Part shown: positions 48,129 to 58,885 of the stretch, in pieces
Layout: every line of letters begins with the position of its first letter
How positions within the stretch are numbered: position 1 is the first letter of the stretch
NCBI GenBank assembly: GCA_964507055.1
Contig: CAZDOJ010000001.1
Span: forward strand, 657,313-721,312
Reading direction: 5' to 3'
Origin: an uncultured Gammaproteobacteria bacterium
GTDB taxonomy: Bacteria > Patescibacteriota > Microgenomatia > Levybacterales > UBA12049
Length of the DNA: 64,000 nt
Notes under the pieces: model-generated
Databases searched by the model: none
Seen by the model: the letters and a program-made list of their open reading frames with translations, nothing else
Told to the model about the DNA's origin: nothing
Translations under genes and position numbers: made by a program

Positions 48129-49328
48129 CTATACTGATTTTGTGGTATCTGAATATACTGCATGGAGCTTCTTTGAAATCTGTTTCCAAGTATAGTTCTT
48201 CTCAATAAACTCTCTACCATTTTTGCTTACGGAGTTATACAAATTTTCATCCTTTAACACTTTAAGCGTTTCATCGGCCAACGATTCAGCATCATTTCCT
48301 ACAAGTAATTCTTTACCATCTTTCGCTTCAAGAGCATCTGCACTTAAAGGCATTGTGATAACCGGAGTGCCACAACTCATAGACTCAAGAATTTTATAGC
48401 TTGTTCCACCTCCAACTCGAATTGGAGCTAACAATACTGCAGCTTTTTGAAATATCTCAGGTGTTTGCATAGCGGAACTTTCTTCATCAAAGAGTACATC
48501 TGGATCATTGGTCAAGTTACGAATTGAATCAGGTATACTACGTGCAACAAACCAAAGCTTCACATTATCTTCAGATAATTTTTTCTTTAAAATTGGCCAA
48601 ATATCTTGAATAATAAATGTTGCACTATCTTTATTTTGAATCCATTTAAAATCTCCAATAAATAAAATTCTTTTCTCTTTCCGATCTCTTTTTTGAAAAG
48701 ATAAAAAAGAGAATTGGTCTATATTTACTCCATTTGATACAACTTCGGCGTGAATACCGGATTTTTTCATAATGATAGTGTCATCATTTGAGACCGCAAC
48801 GACCTTTTGAGCTTTTCGCCAAAGGAACTCTTCTTCATTTTTTATTTTCTGAATATCCAATGACAAAAGAGGCCTCAAGAAAATTGGAGCATTATTCATA
48901 TATCGCTCATACACTTTATATTCGATATTATGTTCGACGAGCACTATTGGGATTGAAGTTTCAGGGATATTTTGCATGACGTAATATGTTTCGACATGAA
49001 TAACATTAAAGTTTTTTTCTTTTAATAAGTTTTTAAGTACCGCTCGCATTTCTGGTAGATCATGACCTGTTGAAAGAAAAGATTTTGAAGAACTTGTGGC
49101 TTTCACGAGATTAGAGAAACTCCACTGCTTTTTTCTTTTTACAGTTATAACTTTATGACAAATCTTCTCAACTTCATGAACATCATCGTCGGTTTCATTT
49201 GGTCGTCTTTCACAAACAAGAGTAATTGTATAGAGGTGAGATAACTCTTTTATAAGATTGTACAATCTTACCTGACCACCTGAATAAAGAGGGTATGGTA
49301 AATACGATGAAACAATAAGGATATTCAT
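48129..49328 (-). CDS. Glycosyltransferase family 4
   Basis: PYPLYSGGQVR, HNIE, GGGTSYKILESMSCGTPV. Confidence 0.9.
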   Translation of the reverse strand: MNILIVSSYLPYPLYSGGQVRLYNLIKELSHLYTITLVCERRPNETDDDVHEVEKICHKVITVKRKKQWSFSNLVKATSSSKSFLSTGHDLPEMRAVLKNLLKEKNFNVIHVETYYVMQNIPETSIPIVLVEHNIEYKVYERYMNNAPIFLRPLLSLDIQKIKNEEEFLWRKAQKVVAVSNDDTIIMKKSGIHAEVVSNGVNIDQFSFLSFQKRDRKEKRILFIGDFKWIQNKDSATFIIQDIWPILKKKLSEDNVKLWFVARSIPDSIRNLTNDPDVLFDEESSAMQTPEIFQKAAVLLAPIRVGGGTSYKILESMSCGTPVITMPLSADALEAKDGKELLVGNDAESLADETLKVLKDENLYNSVSKNGREFIEKNYTWKQISKKLHAVYSDTTKSV

Positions 49329-49329
49329 A

Positions 49330-50790
49330 CTACTTTTTATGCAAGTCGAAAATGGCGTACTGCTCTGTAAATGTAATTACTTTATATTCTTTTTCCCATT
49401 GCATTTTGTCTTGTTCTGACGGATTAATTAGTACTAAATAATCAGCACCTTTTTCAATAAGCTCAGGTATTGGATTTTGGAAACTTGCCCAGCCTTTCCT
49501 ATTCATTTGATATAAAAGGGATGTATCTCCATTATAATTTGCCACTATTAAAGCATCATTTGGCGTAAGCTGTTGGACCGCAGCTCCCGCAGCTAATATT
49601 GAACGATTATTAATATTGAAATATTCTTTGACAATATTCCAGCTCATATAGAAACTTCCAGCTATGATTAATACCACAAGAACTTTTCCAAATGGAAGGA
49701 ATTTAAGCTTCCATTGCATAAGATAATAACTTCCTATTGCCATAACTATAGCAACACTTGGAATAGTAGGAATTTGATAATAATCATGCTGCACATTTCC
49801 CGTCGCAATAATAGAAACAAAAAGAAGCGGACTTATGATAAAAGACACAAAAAATGGCCATTCTTTTATCGCACGTAATTTATATGCTCCAAAAGCAAGT
49901 AATGCTATACCAAAATATCCGCTTATTAATACAGTAAGCCTTTCATAGAAAATCCATCGAAAAAATGAAGGTCTAAAGCGGATGCCATTGCTGTTAAATA
50001 GCCATATATTTGCAGGAATCCCCTCGGGGAATTGTGATATCCATATCCGCCATGCTAAAAGAGGTGCAACTGCAAGAAAGGCAAAAATCCACATGTACCA
50101 TTTCAGAACTATCCTCCAACCAAAATGTTTCAATGCAATATAAACGATTGGGAGAATAAAAAATAGAGAATGCGGCTTAAGCAAAAATGCTGTAGCTGTA
50201 AATAGGAGTGCTAATATAAATTGTATTACGATTGATTTAGTTTTTGATTTCTTTCTAGAAAGTTCTTCAATCCATCTATCAAAGAAATAAATTGCTCCCA
50301 AAAAGGCCATAACCATCGTAGTGTCTGGAAGTATAGTTCGACCATAGTAAATATTAAAAGGGATAAACATATAGAAGAATGCACTCAATAGTCCAATCGT
50401 GTTATTACTGTGACGTTTAACAATTAAATAAAGGAAAAGACCTGCAGCAACTGATGCAGACATGCTCACTAGCCTACCCCATTGTTCAATGGTAAAGACA
50501 CCAAATAGCATAAATAATCCTGCCTGTAGGGCATTGTATATTGGGAATTCAACAAAGAAGTAACCATTCGGATTATCTAACCCTGATTGCACATTGGAAA
50601 TATTAACCATCTTAGGATAGAGTAAATTAATTCCTTCGACAGTGTAGTTTCTTGAGACTGAAGAAGTTTCAGACTGGCGCCAGCTATGCCAATCAGCTAT
50701 TGGATTATCAAATCCATATAACCGGACAATAAATCCTCCAAGGAGAATAAGAGCGAGAATAAGAAGGGTGTGGTTTTTTAGAAATTTCAT
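49330..50790 (-). CDS. GT-C membrane glycosyltransferase (ArnT/PMT-like)
   Basis: DWHSWRQSET, EFPIYN, GRLVS, LPD, HDYYQ; many TMs; start set at ATG 50790. Confidence 0.82.
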   Translation of the reverse strand: MKFLKNHTLLILALILLGGFIVRLYGFDNPIADWHSWRQSETSSVSRNYTVEGINLLYPKMVNISNVQSGLDNPNGYFFVEFPIYNALQAGLFMLFGVFTIEQWGRLVSMSASVAAGLFLYLIVKRHSNNTIGLLSAFFYMFIPFNIYYGRTILPDTTMVMAFLGAIYFFDRWIEELSRKKSKTKSIVIQFILALLFTATAFLLKPHSLFFILPIVYIALKHFGWRIVLKWYMWIFAFLAVAPLLAWRIWISQFPEGIPANIWLFNSNGIRFRPSFFRWIFYERLTVLISGYFGIALLAFGAYKLRAIKEWPFFVSFIISPLLFVSIIATGNVQHDYYQIPTIPSVAIVMAIGSYYLMQWKLKFLPFGKVLVVLIIAGSFYMSWNIVKEYFNINNRSILAAGAAVQQLTPNDALIVANYNGDTSLLYQMNRKGWASFQNPIPELIEKGADYLVLINPSEQDKMQWEKEYKVITFTEQYAIFDLHKK

Positions 50791-53700
50791 TTTACTTCTG
50801 AAATTGTACCATTCTTGTATTGGAAGATGTACGTATTTGCCGGATTTGCTACTTTTGCAGATGTCGCCTGATCCAATGAATTTGTTTGTACAACCTTTGG
50901 TGTTTTCTCTCGATAGATGAACCACAATCCATCTTGTAAGCCAACAGGGAATAACCATACATCTTGATGTTTTGCAGGTACATTTACGAGATATAGCGTG
51001 TCCTTTGGAGTAAAGCTTGCATATCCTGTTCTAAATGTTAAGAGCATTCCTTGTGCAATCGAGCCTGATTGTGACCATTTTAACTGCTCATTTTTATTCT
51101 GATTACTAGCGAGGAGAGCGACAATAGCAAAGAGAATAAGAATAACACTTACAAATAATGTCTTTTGTTTAATAATCTGCTTAAGGAATGCATAGACAAT
51201 AATAACAAACGACAAGCATAAGCCGAATGAGCCTAGATACATATATCGTGCAGAGATATTCCCCAAAGGCAAGAATGGAAGAAGTGAAATAAATGCAAAG
51301 ATAATACCAAAAAGTATTAATTGGGCATTAGTATGCGTTATGAGTTTTGTTAACTGCTTTTTAGCTTTATAAAAGTAATACGCTCCAGCACCTAGGATAA
51401 GTAGACTTACGCCACTAAGAACAAGCCATTGTGATCGCAAATTACTTCGTAATCCGTCATACGCAGGAAGGAATGAAGCCCCGCCAAAGAACAATCCCAA
51501 GTATCCTAAAAAATTCCCTATGACATTAGGAACTATTTTGGCAAGATTATAGCTATAATCGCCCCCACCTGAAAATGCTCCAGATACGGATCTCATAACG
51601 AAGTACAACACAACCAGTAGAACAAAAGGTAGATATGTCATAAGCAATTTTGCAGAACGCTTTGGTTTATAAATAAGTACATCCATTGCAATAAATAGTA
51701 ATGGGATAATTACTGAGATTTCATATGAGACAAACGCCAAGGCACTTAATATTACTGCACCTACATAAGCCACAGTCATATGTTTTGTTCTGAAATAGTG
51801 ATAGCAAAGCATTGCATATAAAATAAACATTGATGCTAAACCAATTGAAAGGGTTGAGAACCAGAAGAGATTTTCTGTATGAGCAGGAAGCAACGCAAAT
51901 AATACTGCAGTAAGGAACCCAACTAACCGTGATTTCGTTAAACGACTACCTAAAAGATATACGGCCACTGTTGATAAGAAATGAAGTAGCAGGATAAAAA
52001 GATGGTATCCTTCTGGATTGAAGGAGAATAACATATACAAGAAATAGACAACTACCTTATCCAATGGACGATAGAAGAAGTCTTGTGCATTCACAAAGTA
52101 CATAGGTAGATCTGTTGGCATTGCGGTTGCAGCCCATCGCAACCAGGTAAAATCATCAGCAACAAAGAAGTTCTTAATCGAAGCTGCATAACCAACTAAA
52201 ATTATAATTAATAAATAAAGAAGAAGCATAATTGGGGCCGTGAAGAAGCCCTTGAGTGATTGCTTGTAATCTATTGGCTTTTTTTGATAAAGTTTTGCAG
52301 CACCGACTCCAATACCCATAAGTATCCAGAACGGTTCCGCTACTTTAGAAGCTTCAAATACATCAATTAATACAGCATTTACTAATAGACCAATTGTTCC
52401 ACCAGCCAAACCAAATAATAAAGCTCTGACAATCGGATCTTTCGTGTCTTTAACACTATGTTTCATGAAAATACCTAGAATCACAAAAATGAATAAGAAA
52501 GTTAGCAATCCTACTAATCCCGTTTCACCTAAAGCTCGTAGGTAATCATTATCTGTCGCAAGCGTCAAAGAAGAGTAACCTGTGCCAAAGATAGGACTAA
52601 AAAGGAACGCATTCCAATTTCTTGGCCATTCTGCTTGAAAACGAGTAGTAAACGAAATATCTAACGCATATGCTTTTTTAATGAGGAAACTTCCTGAAAC
52701 AGAAGAAATTGCTATGTCCCCATTTTGGATTGATTGCAATTGTTCTTGTGTTAAGACAGTGGTGTATCCACTCTGAGATCCAGTTTTATCAGATCCAACA
52801 GTAAAATCACTTGCAGGCGGAACTTCGGCATTCTTTTGTTCCTCAGCCTTTTTGGCATCTGCAATTATTTTTTGAAGATCTGCAGGTAATGCATTTTCAC
52901 TTGAAACCACTTGAACTTCCTGGATGGTATTTGAGAATCGCTGAATCGTTGCATTACCAAATAGCATCATTACACCAACACTTACAACCATTATCGGAAT
53001 AATCCATCGCTTCTTTTGCCAAAGAATAAGCATACCAACAACACCGATAACATATGCCCCAAATGATGTACGCGATGAAGTAAAATTGAGAACTTCCAAT
53101 GCAAATAAAGCAAGGATTGCGATAAGTATTTTCAATGACCATCGCTTTACTGCAAATACTAAAGCAATAAGGACAGGAATAACCATTACCATATATGCCG
53201 ATAGGTCATAATGACCACCAAATGTTGAACTTACTCTGGATAATTCGTTTAGGCAAAGGGGTGTACCTTTTGCGAATTCTTCATTTCCAGTGAGAAAGGC
53301 TGGGAAGCAAAATGGATAGGTTTGGAAAAAGTCAGGAAAAATCTTCCAAAGTATTGTATAAAAACGCTGGCCAAAACCATAAAAAACGATACCTAAAATA
53401 GTTATACAAAGTGTTATAAGGTAGAAATAAACATCTTTGACATTTCTCACCGATGAGAAGGCGATGAAAAAGAGAATCATATATTCTATACGTCGGAAGT
53501 ACTGGAGCCAAGCAACACTCGGGAAGAAATTAGCGAGCGTAGGAGCAATAAAGGTAAGACAATAAAGGAGTGAAGCAAGTCCAGCAACCCAATAGAGAAT
53601 GAGTGCATAGCCTTCAGGTCTTGGTAGTGAGACTTTTCTCCGGACAAGCTGTATAAGCCAAATCAAAGCTAAAGCTGCAATAACAAAGTCTTCTAAACGA

Positions 53701-53825
53701 ATGTATACCCATGTATTATCGATATTAATACTTGGAAGCTTAGGATAAAGTGCAGTAAAAAGAATCGCAAAAGCGACTCCAAAACGTAGAATATTATTAT
53801 CAATAAGCTGCAATAACTTCTTCAT
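50787..53825 (-). CDS. Fusion: O-antigen ligase/Wzy_C-like domain + GT-C glycosyltransferase domain
   Basis: N-half RVSSTFGG, TSSRTS, PIFGTG..DNDYLRALGETGLVG; C-half FVADDFTWL, FYRPL, YH, SYE, RYMYL. Confidence 0.75.
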   Translation of the reverse strand: MKKLLQLIDNNILRFGVAFAILFTALYPKLPSINIDNTWVYIRLEDFVIAALALIWLIQLVRRKVSLPRPEGYALILYWVAGLASLLYCLTFIAPTLANFFPSVAWLQYFRRIEYMILFFIAFSSVRNVKDVYFYLITLCITILGIVFYGFGQRFYTILWKIFPDFFQTYPFCFPAFLTGNEEFAKGTPLCLNELSRVSSTFGGHYDLSAYMVMVIPVLIALVFAVKRWSLKILIAILALFALEVLNFTSSRTSFGAYVIGVVGMLILWQKKRWIIPIMVVSVGVMMLFGNATIQRFSNTIQEVQVVSSENALPADLQKIIADAKKAEEQKNAEVPPASDFTVGSDKTGSQSGYTTVLTQEQLQSIQNGDIAISSVSGSFLIKKAYALDISFTTRFQAEWPRNWNAFLFSPIFGTGYSSLTLATDNDYLRALGETGLVGLLTFLFIFVILGIFMKHSVKDTKDPIVRALLFGLAGGTIGLLVNAVLIDVFEASKVAEPFWILMGIGVGAAKLYQKKPIDYKQSLKGFFTAPIMLLLYLLIIILVGYAASIKNFFVADDFTWLRWAATAMPTDLPMYFVNAQDFFYRPLDKVVVYFLYMLFSFNPEGYHLFILLLHFLSTVAVYLLGSRLTKSRLVGFLTAVLFALLPAHTENLFWFSTLSIGLASMFILYAMLCYHYFRTKHMTVAYVGAVILSALAFVSYEISVIIPLLFIAMDVLIYKPKRSAKLLMTYLPFVLLVVLYFVMRSVSGAFSGGGDYSYNLAKIVPNVIGNFLGYLGLFFGGASFLPAYDGLRSNLRSQWLVLSGVSLLILGAGAYYFYKAKKQLTKLITHTNAQLILFGIIFAFISLLPFLPLGNISARYMYLGSFGLCLSFVIIVYAFLKQIIKQKTLFVSVILILFAIVALLASNQNKNEQLKWSQSGSIAQGMLLTFRTGYASFTPKDTLYLVNVPAKHQDVWLFPVGLQDGLWFIYREKTPKVVQTNSLDQATSAKVANPANTYIFQYKNGTISEVK

Positions 53826-53875
53826 CTACAAACAACTATATTACTAACAGATTGCCAACTTAGCAAGAACGACTT

Positions 53876-54469
53876 TTATCGGAACCATGCGGCACGCCCT
53901 AATTTATAGTGCAGATCTTTTGATTTACGTTCCCCAATGACTTTTGCAGGAACACCTCCAACTATAGCATATGGTTCAACTGATTTGGTAACAACAGCAC
54001 CAGCTCCTACCACACTTCCCTTACCGAGAGTTACACCTGGAAGGATAATTGCACGTGGACCAATAAAGACATAATCATCAATGACTACCCTCTCCGAAAT
54101 TGCATGAAAATCATCACTATGAATATCATGTTGGCTGTTATAGATCATGACTTCAGAAGCAATATCAACATGATCCCCAATAACCAACTTCTCTCTTCCA
54201 TCTAAAACAGCATATTCACCTATAATTGTATCTTTTCCAATAACTATATTGCTTGGATTGTAGAAACGTGCACCTTCATGAAGCGTTGATCCTTCGCGAA
54301 TTGTCATCCCTGCCAATCGATAAACGAATCTTCTGACATGATGCGAAGGGAAATGTCCTACGAGATGCAAAAGAAAAACAAAAAATTCACGTGCTACTGT
54401 GTTCGATCTGTTTTTTGCTTTTCTTTGAAATTCGTCTGAAAATAAATTCTGATTTAACTTACTTGCCAT
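53876..54469 (-). CDS. Hexapeptide-repeat (LbH) O-acetyltransferase
   Basis: PSHHVRR, LDGR, GAGAVVTKSVEPYAIVGGVPAK; paralog of 1865..2404; start set at ATG 54469. Confidence 0.9.
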   Translation of the reverse strand: MASKLNQNLFSDEFQRKAKNRSNTVAREFFVFLLHLVGHFPSHHVRRFVYRLAGMTIREGSTLHEGARFYNPSNIVIGKDTIIGEYAVLDGREKLVIGDHVDIASEVMIYNSQHDIHSDDFHAISERVVIDDYVFIGPRAIILPGVTLGKGSVVGAGAVVTKSVEPYAIVGGVPAKVIGERKSKDLHYKLGRAAWFR

Positions 54470-54470
54470 A

Positions 54471-55622
54471 TTATTTTGCCGCAATATCAACGAGTACTTT
54501 TAATGTTTCTTTTGCAGTTTTTTCCCAGCTAAACTTATCAGCTTGTTTTTTCCCTTTTTCTACCAAAGTCTTTCGTAGTTCCTTATCATTTATAACCTTA
54601 GTAAGTTTTTGAGCAATGTCTTGGCTATCTTTGGGATCGATATAAATAGCAGCATCGCCGCCAGCTTCAGGCATACTGCTTATATTACTTGTAATAACAG
54701 GACATCCTTGCTTCATAGCTTCAACAACAGGCAAACCAAACCCTTCATAGAGGCTTGGAAGTACATAACAGAGAGCATTTTTATAGAAGATTTTAAGTTC
54801 ATCATCATTTATTCCTTCAAGAAATCTCACTTTGTCCTGGACACCATATTTTTGTGGAGCGTTGAGTATCTCTTCATACAACCAACCTTTTTTACCAATA
54901 ATTACTAATTGAAGATCGTCTTGATATTCAGCATGTAACTTTTTACTTTCCAGTAATAAAGCAAAAGCTTCAATGAGTCGTGATATATTTTTTCGGGGTT
55001 GTAGGGTACCAACAAATAGAACAAAATTATCGCTGATATTGTACTTTGCTTTTAGTTCGTTCATGGCGTAAACATGAGGTTCAAGTGAGACAGATTGCTT
55101 GATCCCAGGGTAAATTGTCTTCACTTTTTGCTCAGGAACTTTATATGTTTTAATTATATCATTTCTGCTTGAGTTACTAATTGTTAATACTTTACTTGCT
55201 TTCTCAACAGAATATTTTGTCCAATTACGAAGTTGATACATATCAGATTTATTAAATAGCTCTGGAAATTGGAGAAATGCTAGATCCATAATTGAAACAA
55301 CGGTAGGGATCGGAGAAAATCTTGGAGCATAATGGGTTGGGCTAAAGAACACATCAGGTTTCGTTTTAGTGAGAAATAGACTCAATGGCAATCCAAATTG
55401 CGTCCAAAACTTACCAGGCCCAACAATCTTATATTTCCAATTAGAAGTCTCTTTAGGCAATACTTTAAGCGGATGTTGTTTTAAATAAATTACAAACTGT
55501 ATATCAACCGATTTATTGGACTCTGCAAATTTTGCAAAATAATAGAGTAACCAATACGCATATTCGCTAATACCAACTCTTTTTTCTACATTTGCTTCAT
55601 TACCATCAATTGCAATAATCAT
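54471..55622 (-). CDS. Glycosyltransferase family 4
   Basis: IAIDG, VGISEY, VGTLQPRKN, YEGFGLPVVEAM. Confidence 0.93.
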   Translation of the reverse strand: MIIAIDGNEANVEKRVGISEYAYWLLYYFAKFAESNKSVDIQFVIYLKQHPLKVLPKETSNWKYKIVGPGKFWTQFGLPLSLFLTKTKPDVFFSPTHYAPRFSPIPTVVSIMDLAFLQFPELFNKSDMYQLRNWTKYSVEKASKVLTISNSSRNDIIKTYKVPEQKVKTIYPGIKQSVSLEPHVYAMNELKAKYNISDNFVLFVGTLQPRKNISRLIEAFALLLESKKLHAEYQDDLQLVIIGKKGWLYEEILNAPQKYGVQDKVRFLEGINDDELKIFYKNALCYVLPSLYEGFGLPVVEAMKQGCPVITSNISSMPEAGGDAAIYIDPKDSQDIAQKLTKVINDKELRKTLVEKGKKQADKFSWEKTAKETLKVLVDIAAK

Positions 55623-55637
55623 AATTGTTTCATCAAC

Positions 55638-56162
55638 TTAATTTCCTGGATACGTTACAAATAAGCGAGATTCTTCAATACCTAAGATTTCTTTTGCATC
55701 TTTTTTGGTTGCCTCTGAGATACAGAATATTACGTCCGTTTCTTTTTTTACCCAAGCCAATTTCCTTTTTTGTGTTTCAATAATTTTTTGTGCGGTCTCT
55801 TCAGGAAATTTGTAAATGATAAGATCATAAAGTATTGTTGCCTTTTTTGCTTTTTTGGTTGGCGGTTCAGTCCAATCTGAAGTAATAAACATATCGACAT
55901 TACCAATGAAATTTTCAATTGGCAGAATATGCATCCTATTCCAAAGAAGATCAAGAACTGTGGGAGGAATTTTAAAAGTTTTTACCCTGACGTTTTTTGC
56001 TTGTATAAAATCTAACGGAATTGTCCTTCGTAAACTTGAATAAAAAAGAATATATTCGTTATTTGGATCTGAGGTAATCATAGAAGACAAGAGGTTCTTA
56101 AGGTAATTTCCAACACCAGTCCTCTCATATGCCATTTGTGAAATATCTATACCAATCTTCAT
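55638..56162 (-). CDS. GT4 N-terminal domain only (stand-alone module or truncated gene)
   Basis: MKIGIDIS, TGVGNY, YDL, ISEATKKD, ends VTYPGN; no ExFG...E domain. Confidence 0.7.
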   Translation of the reverse strand: MKIGIDISQMAYERTGVGNYLKNLLSSMITSDPNNEYILFYSSLRRTIPLDFIQAKNVRVKTFKIPPTVLDLLWNRMHILPIENFIGNVDMFITSDWTEPPTKKAKKATILYDLIIYKFPEETAQKIIETQKRKLAWVKKETDVIFCISEATKKDAKEILGIEESRLFVTYPGN

Positions 56163-56215
56163 AATTTTCTCATTAACTCATTCTAACATAATTAACTTTT
56201 TGAAGTATTTTTGCT

Positions 56216-57784
56216 CTATCTGAAAAGAAGTGAATCAATAATATTTGGGTCAGATTGAATAGTTCTTTGTTTATCATTAAGTATATATTTCTCTATTCTA
56301 AAATGATTTGGAAATGTCCATGTTTTTTCTGGTTTTCCATCAATTCTTACTCTATTTTTTCGCCACCAATCACCCTGTGCATAATAATTTTCTTCATCTC
56401 CAGGAGCAATAATTAAATAGGTGACTTCTGATTTCTTATACGGTAAGACTTTGATTTGAGAATGTTCTTTACCAACAAAATTCATCGCATATCGAGGACT
56501 ATAACCATAAGCATCAGGAGAAAAAATGTAATAACCAAATTCTTTATCACCTTGTTTATAGATAGTCTCAGCTAAACTTTTATTAAATAACCAACTCCCT
56601 GAATTTTTCCCAATAAAATTGTCGTATGACTGCATAACGGAATATGTGTATGTCATTATTGAAATTAATAAATATATAAATAAAGGATAGAAAATATATT
56701 TTTTTAAGCTCAATAAACTGGAACAAAAGATAATAACTATCATTGGTAAGAAAGGCCAGTAATAGTAACCCCATACGGTTCCCTTAAAGAAACTTGTAAG
56801 TATCCAAAAGCCTGCAATAAAGTAGAAGATTAGCATATATAATCTTTTGTACTCTGTCCTTTTCCTGATTGTTTGTATGAGTAGCCATGCAAAAATGGAT
56901 AATATACAAAGAATAAGGAGAGTAGAAGGATATGGAACCATAGAAAAAGTGGAAATTATCCCATCGAAACGATTAACAATAAATTCTTGCATTGTCAGTT
57001 TTTCTCCTGCAGATTTAGTTATATGACTAATAAGTGCATTTGTTTGCAAAAAATTATTCCTCAGTTCAAAAACAATATATGTAGATAAAGGCAAAATGAT
57101 ACCCGATAAGGCTAATAACTCTTTATATCGTTTTGTTTTTATTATCTTTATAACTACAAGGATTGTTGCTAGTACAAGTAATGGTCCTCCAAAAGCTATT
57201 TGGAATTGTATAAGAAGTCCAAGAAGAAGATACGAAAAGAAGAGTTTTATAAAATTTTGATTTTGCAAATAAGAATAAAAAATGAGGAAAAAGAGAGGAA
57301 AGACCATAACGGCTCCAAAAGGATTAAATAAGCTCGATGCCATCGTTATGGATAAGCCAGAAATTAATAACGAGCTGAGTAAGCCTACACGCTGATTAAA
57401 GAGAGATTTACCCACATAAAATGTTATATAGGTTAAAATGAAAATCAGGCTTACCCAAAACCATCCTACTATCACTGGGTCTCCATTTGCAATGATGAAA
57501 GCAGGTAGATTAACATAAAACCATAAAGGTCCATGAAATACACCGGATATGCCGCCTGAGCGAGGTCCTAATAATGTTGGACTATGTGTTGTAACAATAT
57601 CTTCAAGTAGAAGAAAATCTCGTGCAATATCTGTATGGAAAAAGATATCTTGATGAAGAACAAACCAAAAACTAAACGAGCTAAAAATTAGTGTGCCTAA
57701 TATTAATAATATATTTATGGCATATCCAATACGGTTAGAATTATTTTTTTTTACTTCATTTTTTTTCACTTTTTTCTCAGTCAT
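56216..57784 (-). CDS. GT-C membrane glycosyltransferase (ArnT-like)
   Basis: HTDIARD, LLGP, HGPLWFY in first loop; many TMs. Confidence 0.75.
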   Translation of the reverse strand: MTEKKVKKNEVKKNNSNRIGYAINILLILGTLIFSSFSFWFVLHQDIFFHTDIARDFLLLEDIVTTHSPTLLGPRSGGISGVFHGPLWFYVNLPAFIIANGDPVIVGWFWVSLIFILTYITFYVGKSLFNQRVGLLSSLLISGLSITMASSLFNPFGAVMVFPLFFLIFYSYLQNQNFIKLFFSYLLLGLLIQFQIAFGGPLLVLATILVVIKIIKTKRYKELLALSGIILPLSTYIVFELRNNFLQTNALISHITKSAGEKLTMQEFIVNRFDGIISTFSMVPYPSTLLILCILSIFAWLLIQTIRKRTEYKRLYMLIFYFIAGFWILTSFFKGTVWGYYYWPFLPMIVIIFCSSLLSLKKYIFYPLFIYLLISIMTYTYSVMQSYDNFIGKNSGSWLFNKSLAETIYKQGDKEFGYYIFSPDAYGYSPRYAMNFVGKEHSQIKVLPYKKSEVTYLIIAPGDEENYYAQGDWWRKNRVRIDGKPEKTWTFPNHFRIEKYILNDKQRTIQSDPNIIDSLLFR

Positions 57785-57823
57785 ATTTCTATAGTATCAG
57801 AATCTCAACTGCAAATATATGAG

Positions 57824-58885
57824 CTATTTATTTTCATTTTTATATTCAATAAGTGCATGTATCAGTCCTGCACAAAGGAATAAGAATGCCCATGCAGCTG
57901 TAAGCTCTGCCAAATGTTCGTAATATATATAATAAAGGGTACTACTTAACACAAGGAAAAGACCTGAAACAATAAAAGAAATCTTACTTTTGAATTCCCC
58001 TGCGAGGATATATATCCATATTCCAATAAGTACAATATAGACAGCAGCATAAGTAATTTGAAAAATAAAAATATCGCTAAGAATCATTACCAGTAATAAA
58101 GATAAAAGAAATACTTTTATATATGTCAGATCAAATAAGATTTTTGATTTAGAATAAATTTGTTTTGGTATACGACTATAGATGAACGTATTAAATCGTC
58201 CAGAGACTTTCTCTCCTTGTGGTGTAATCAGCAGAAAGTGAATAATAAGAGGTAATAGGAAAATAAAGGAAACATATAAAACTTCTGCTGTTTTTAGTGC
58301 ATTAAACTTTTTTAAAGTAAAGTAAACAAACTCTTTTTTATCAGATAAAAGAAAAGCTTTTGAAGTTTCATATTTACTGATTATGACGGGTTCACGTCTT
58401 GATACAGCAACAGCGTTTCTCTGATTTCCTTCAAGAGATTGTATTTCAAAAACATATTGTTTTCCCTGAGAATCAAGAATTTTAGGAAAACCAAATGGAA
58501 AAACAGGAACATCATAGATAAGACCTGCTCTATAATTATTCTGATAGTACCAGTCTTTAGCACCTTTCTCTTTAATACGAAAAACTACCTTATCTTCGTC
58601 TTTATATGGCACCCTACTAAAAATGGTAAATCTTACCGCTACAATGCCCAAATTATTTTCTGCGGCAGTAAACTCACCCTCTACCTTGTCTCCCGTTAGA
58701 AGTTTTTCATGCTGTACTTTAGTGAAAGTATCCTGACTATGATTATATGAAAGGATAAGAAAACTTTTATCATATGATGTTATATAAAGTAATGTGAATA
58801 CTCCCCAAAGAGCAAAAAGTATCAATGGAACAAGCCCATATATTAATGATTTATTTAGTACACTTTTTCTTTCAGTTTTTTTCAT
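57824..58885 (-). CDS. Hypothetical membrane protein with extracytoplasmic beta domain
   Basis: TM, GEFTAAENNLGIV..PFGFPKI..SQGKQY, several C-terminal TMs; start set at ATG 58885. Confidence 0.7.
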   Translation of the reverse strand: MKKTERKSVLNKSLIYGLVPLILFALWGVFTLLYITSYDKSFLILSYNHSQDTFTKVQHEKLLTGDKVEGEFTAAENNLGIVAVRFTIFSRVPYKDEDKVVFRIKEKGAKDWYYQNNYRAGLIYDVPVFPFGFPKILDSQGKQYVFEIQSLEGNQRNAVAVSRREPVIISKYETSKAFLLSDKKEFVYFTLKKFNALKTAEVLYVSFIFLLPLIIHFLLITPQGEKVSGRFNTFIYSRIPKQIYSKSKILFDLTYIKVFLLSLLLVMILSDIFIFQITYAAVYIVLIGIWIYILAGEFKSKISFIVSGLFLVLSSTLYYIYYEHLAELTAAWAFLFLCAGLIHALIEYKNENK

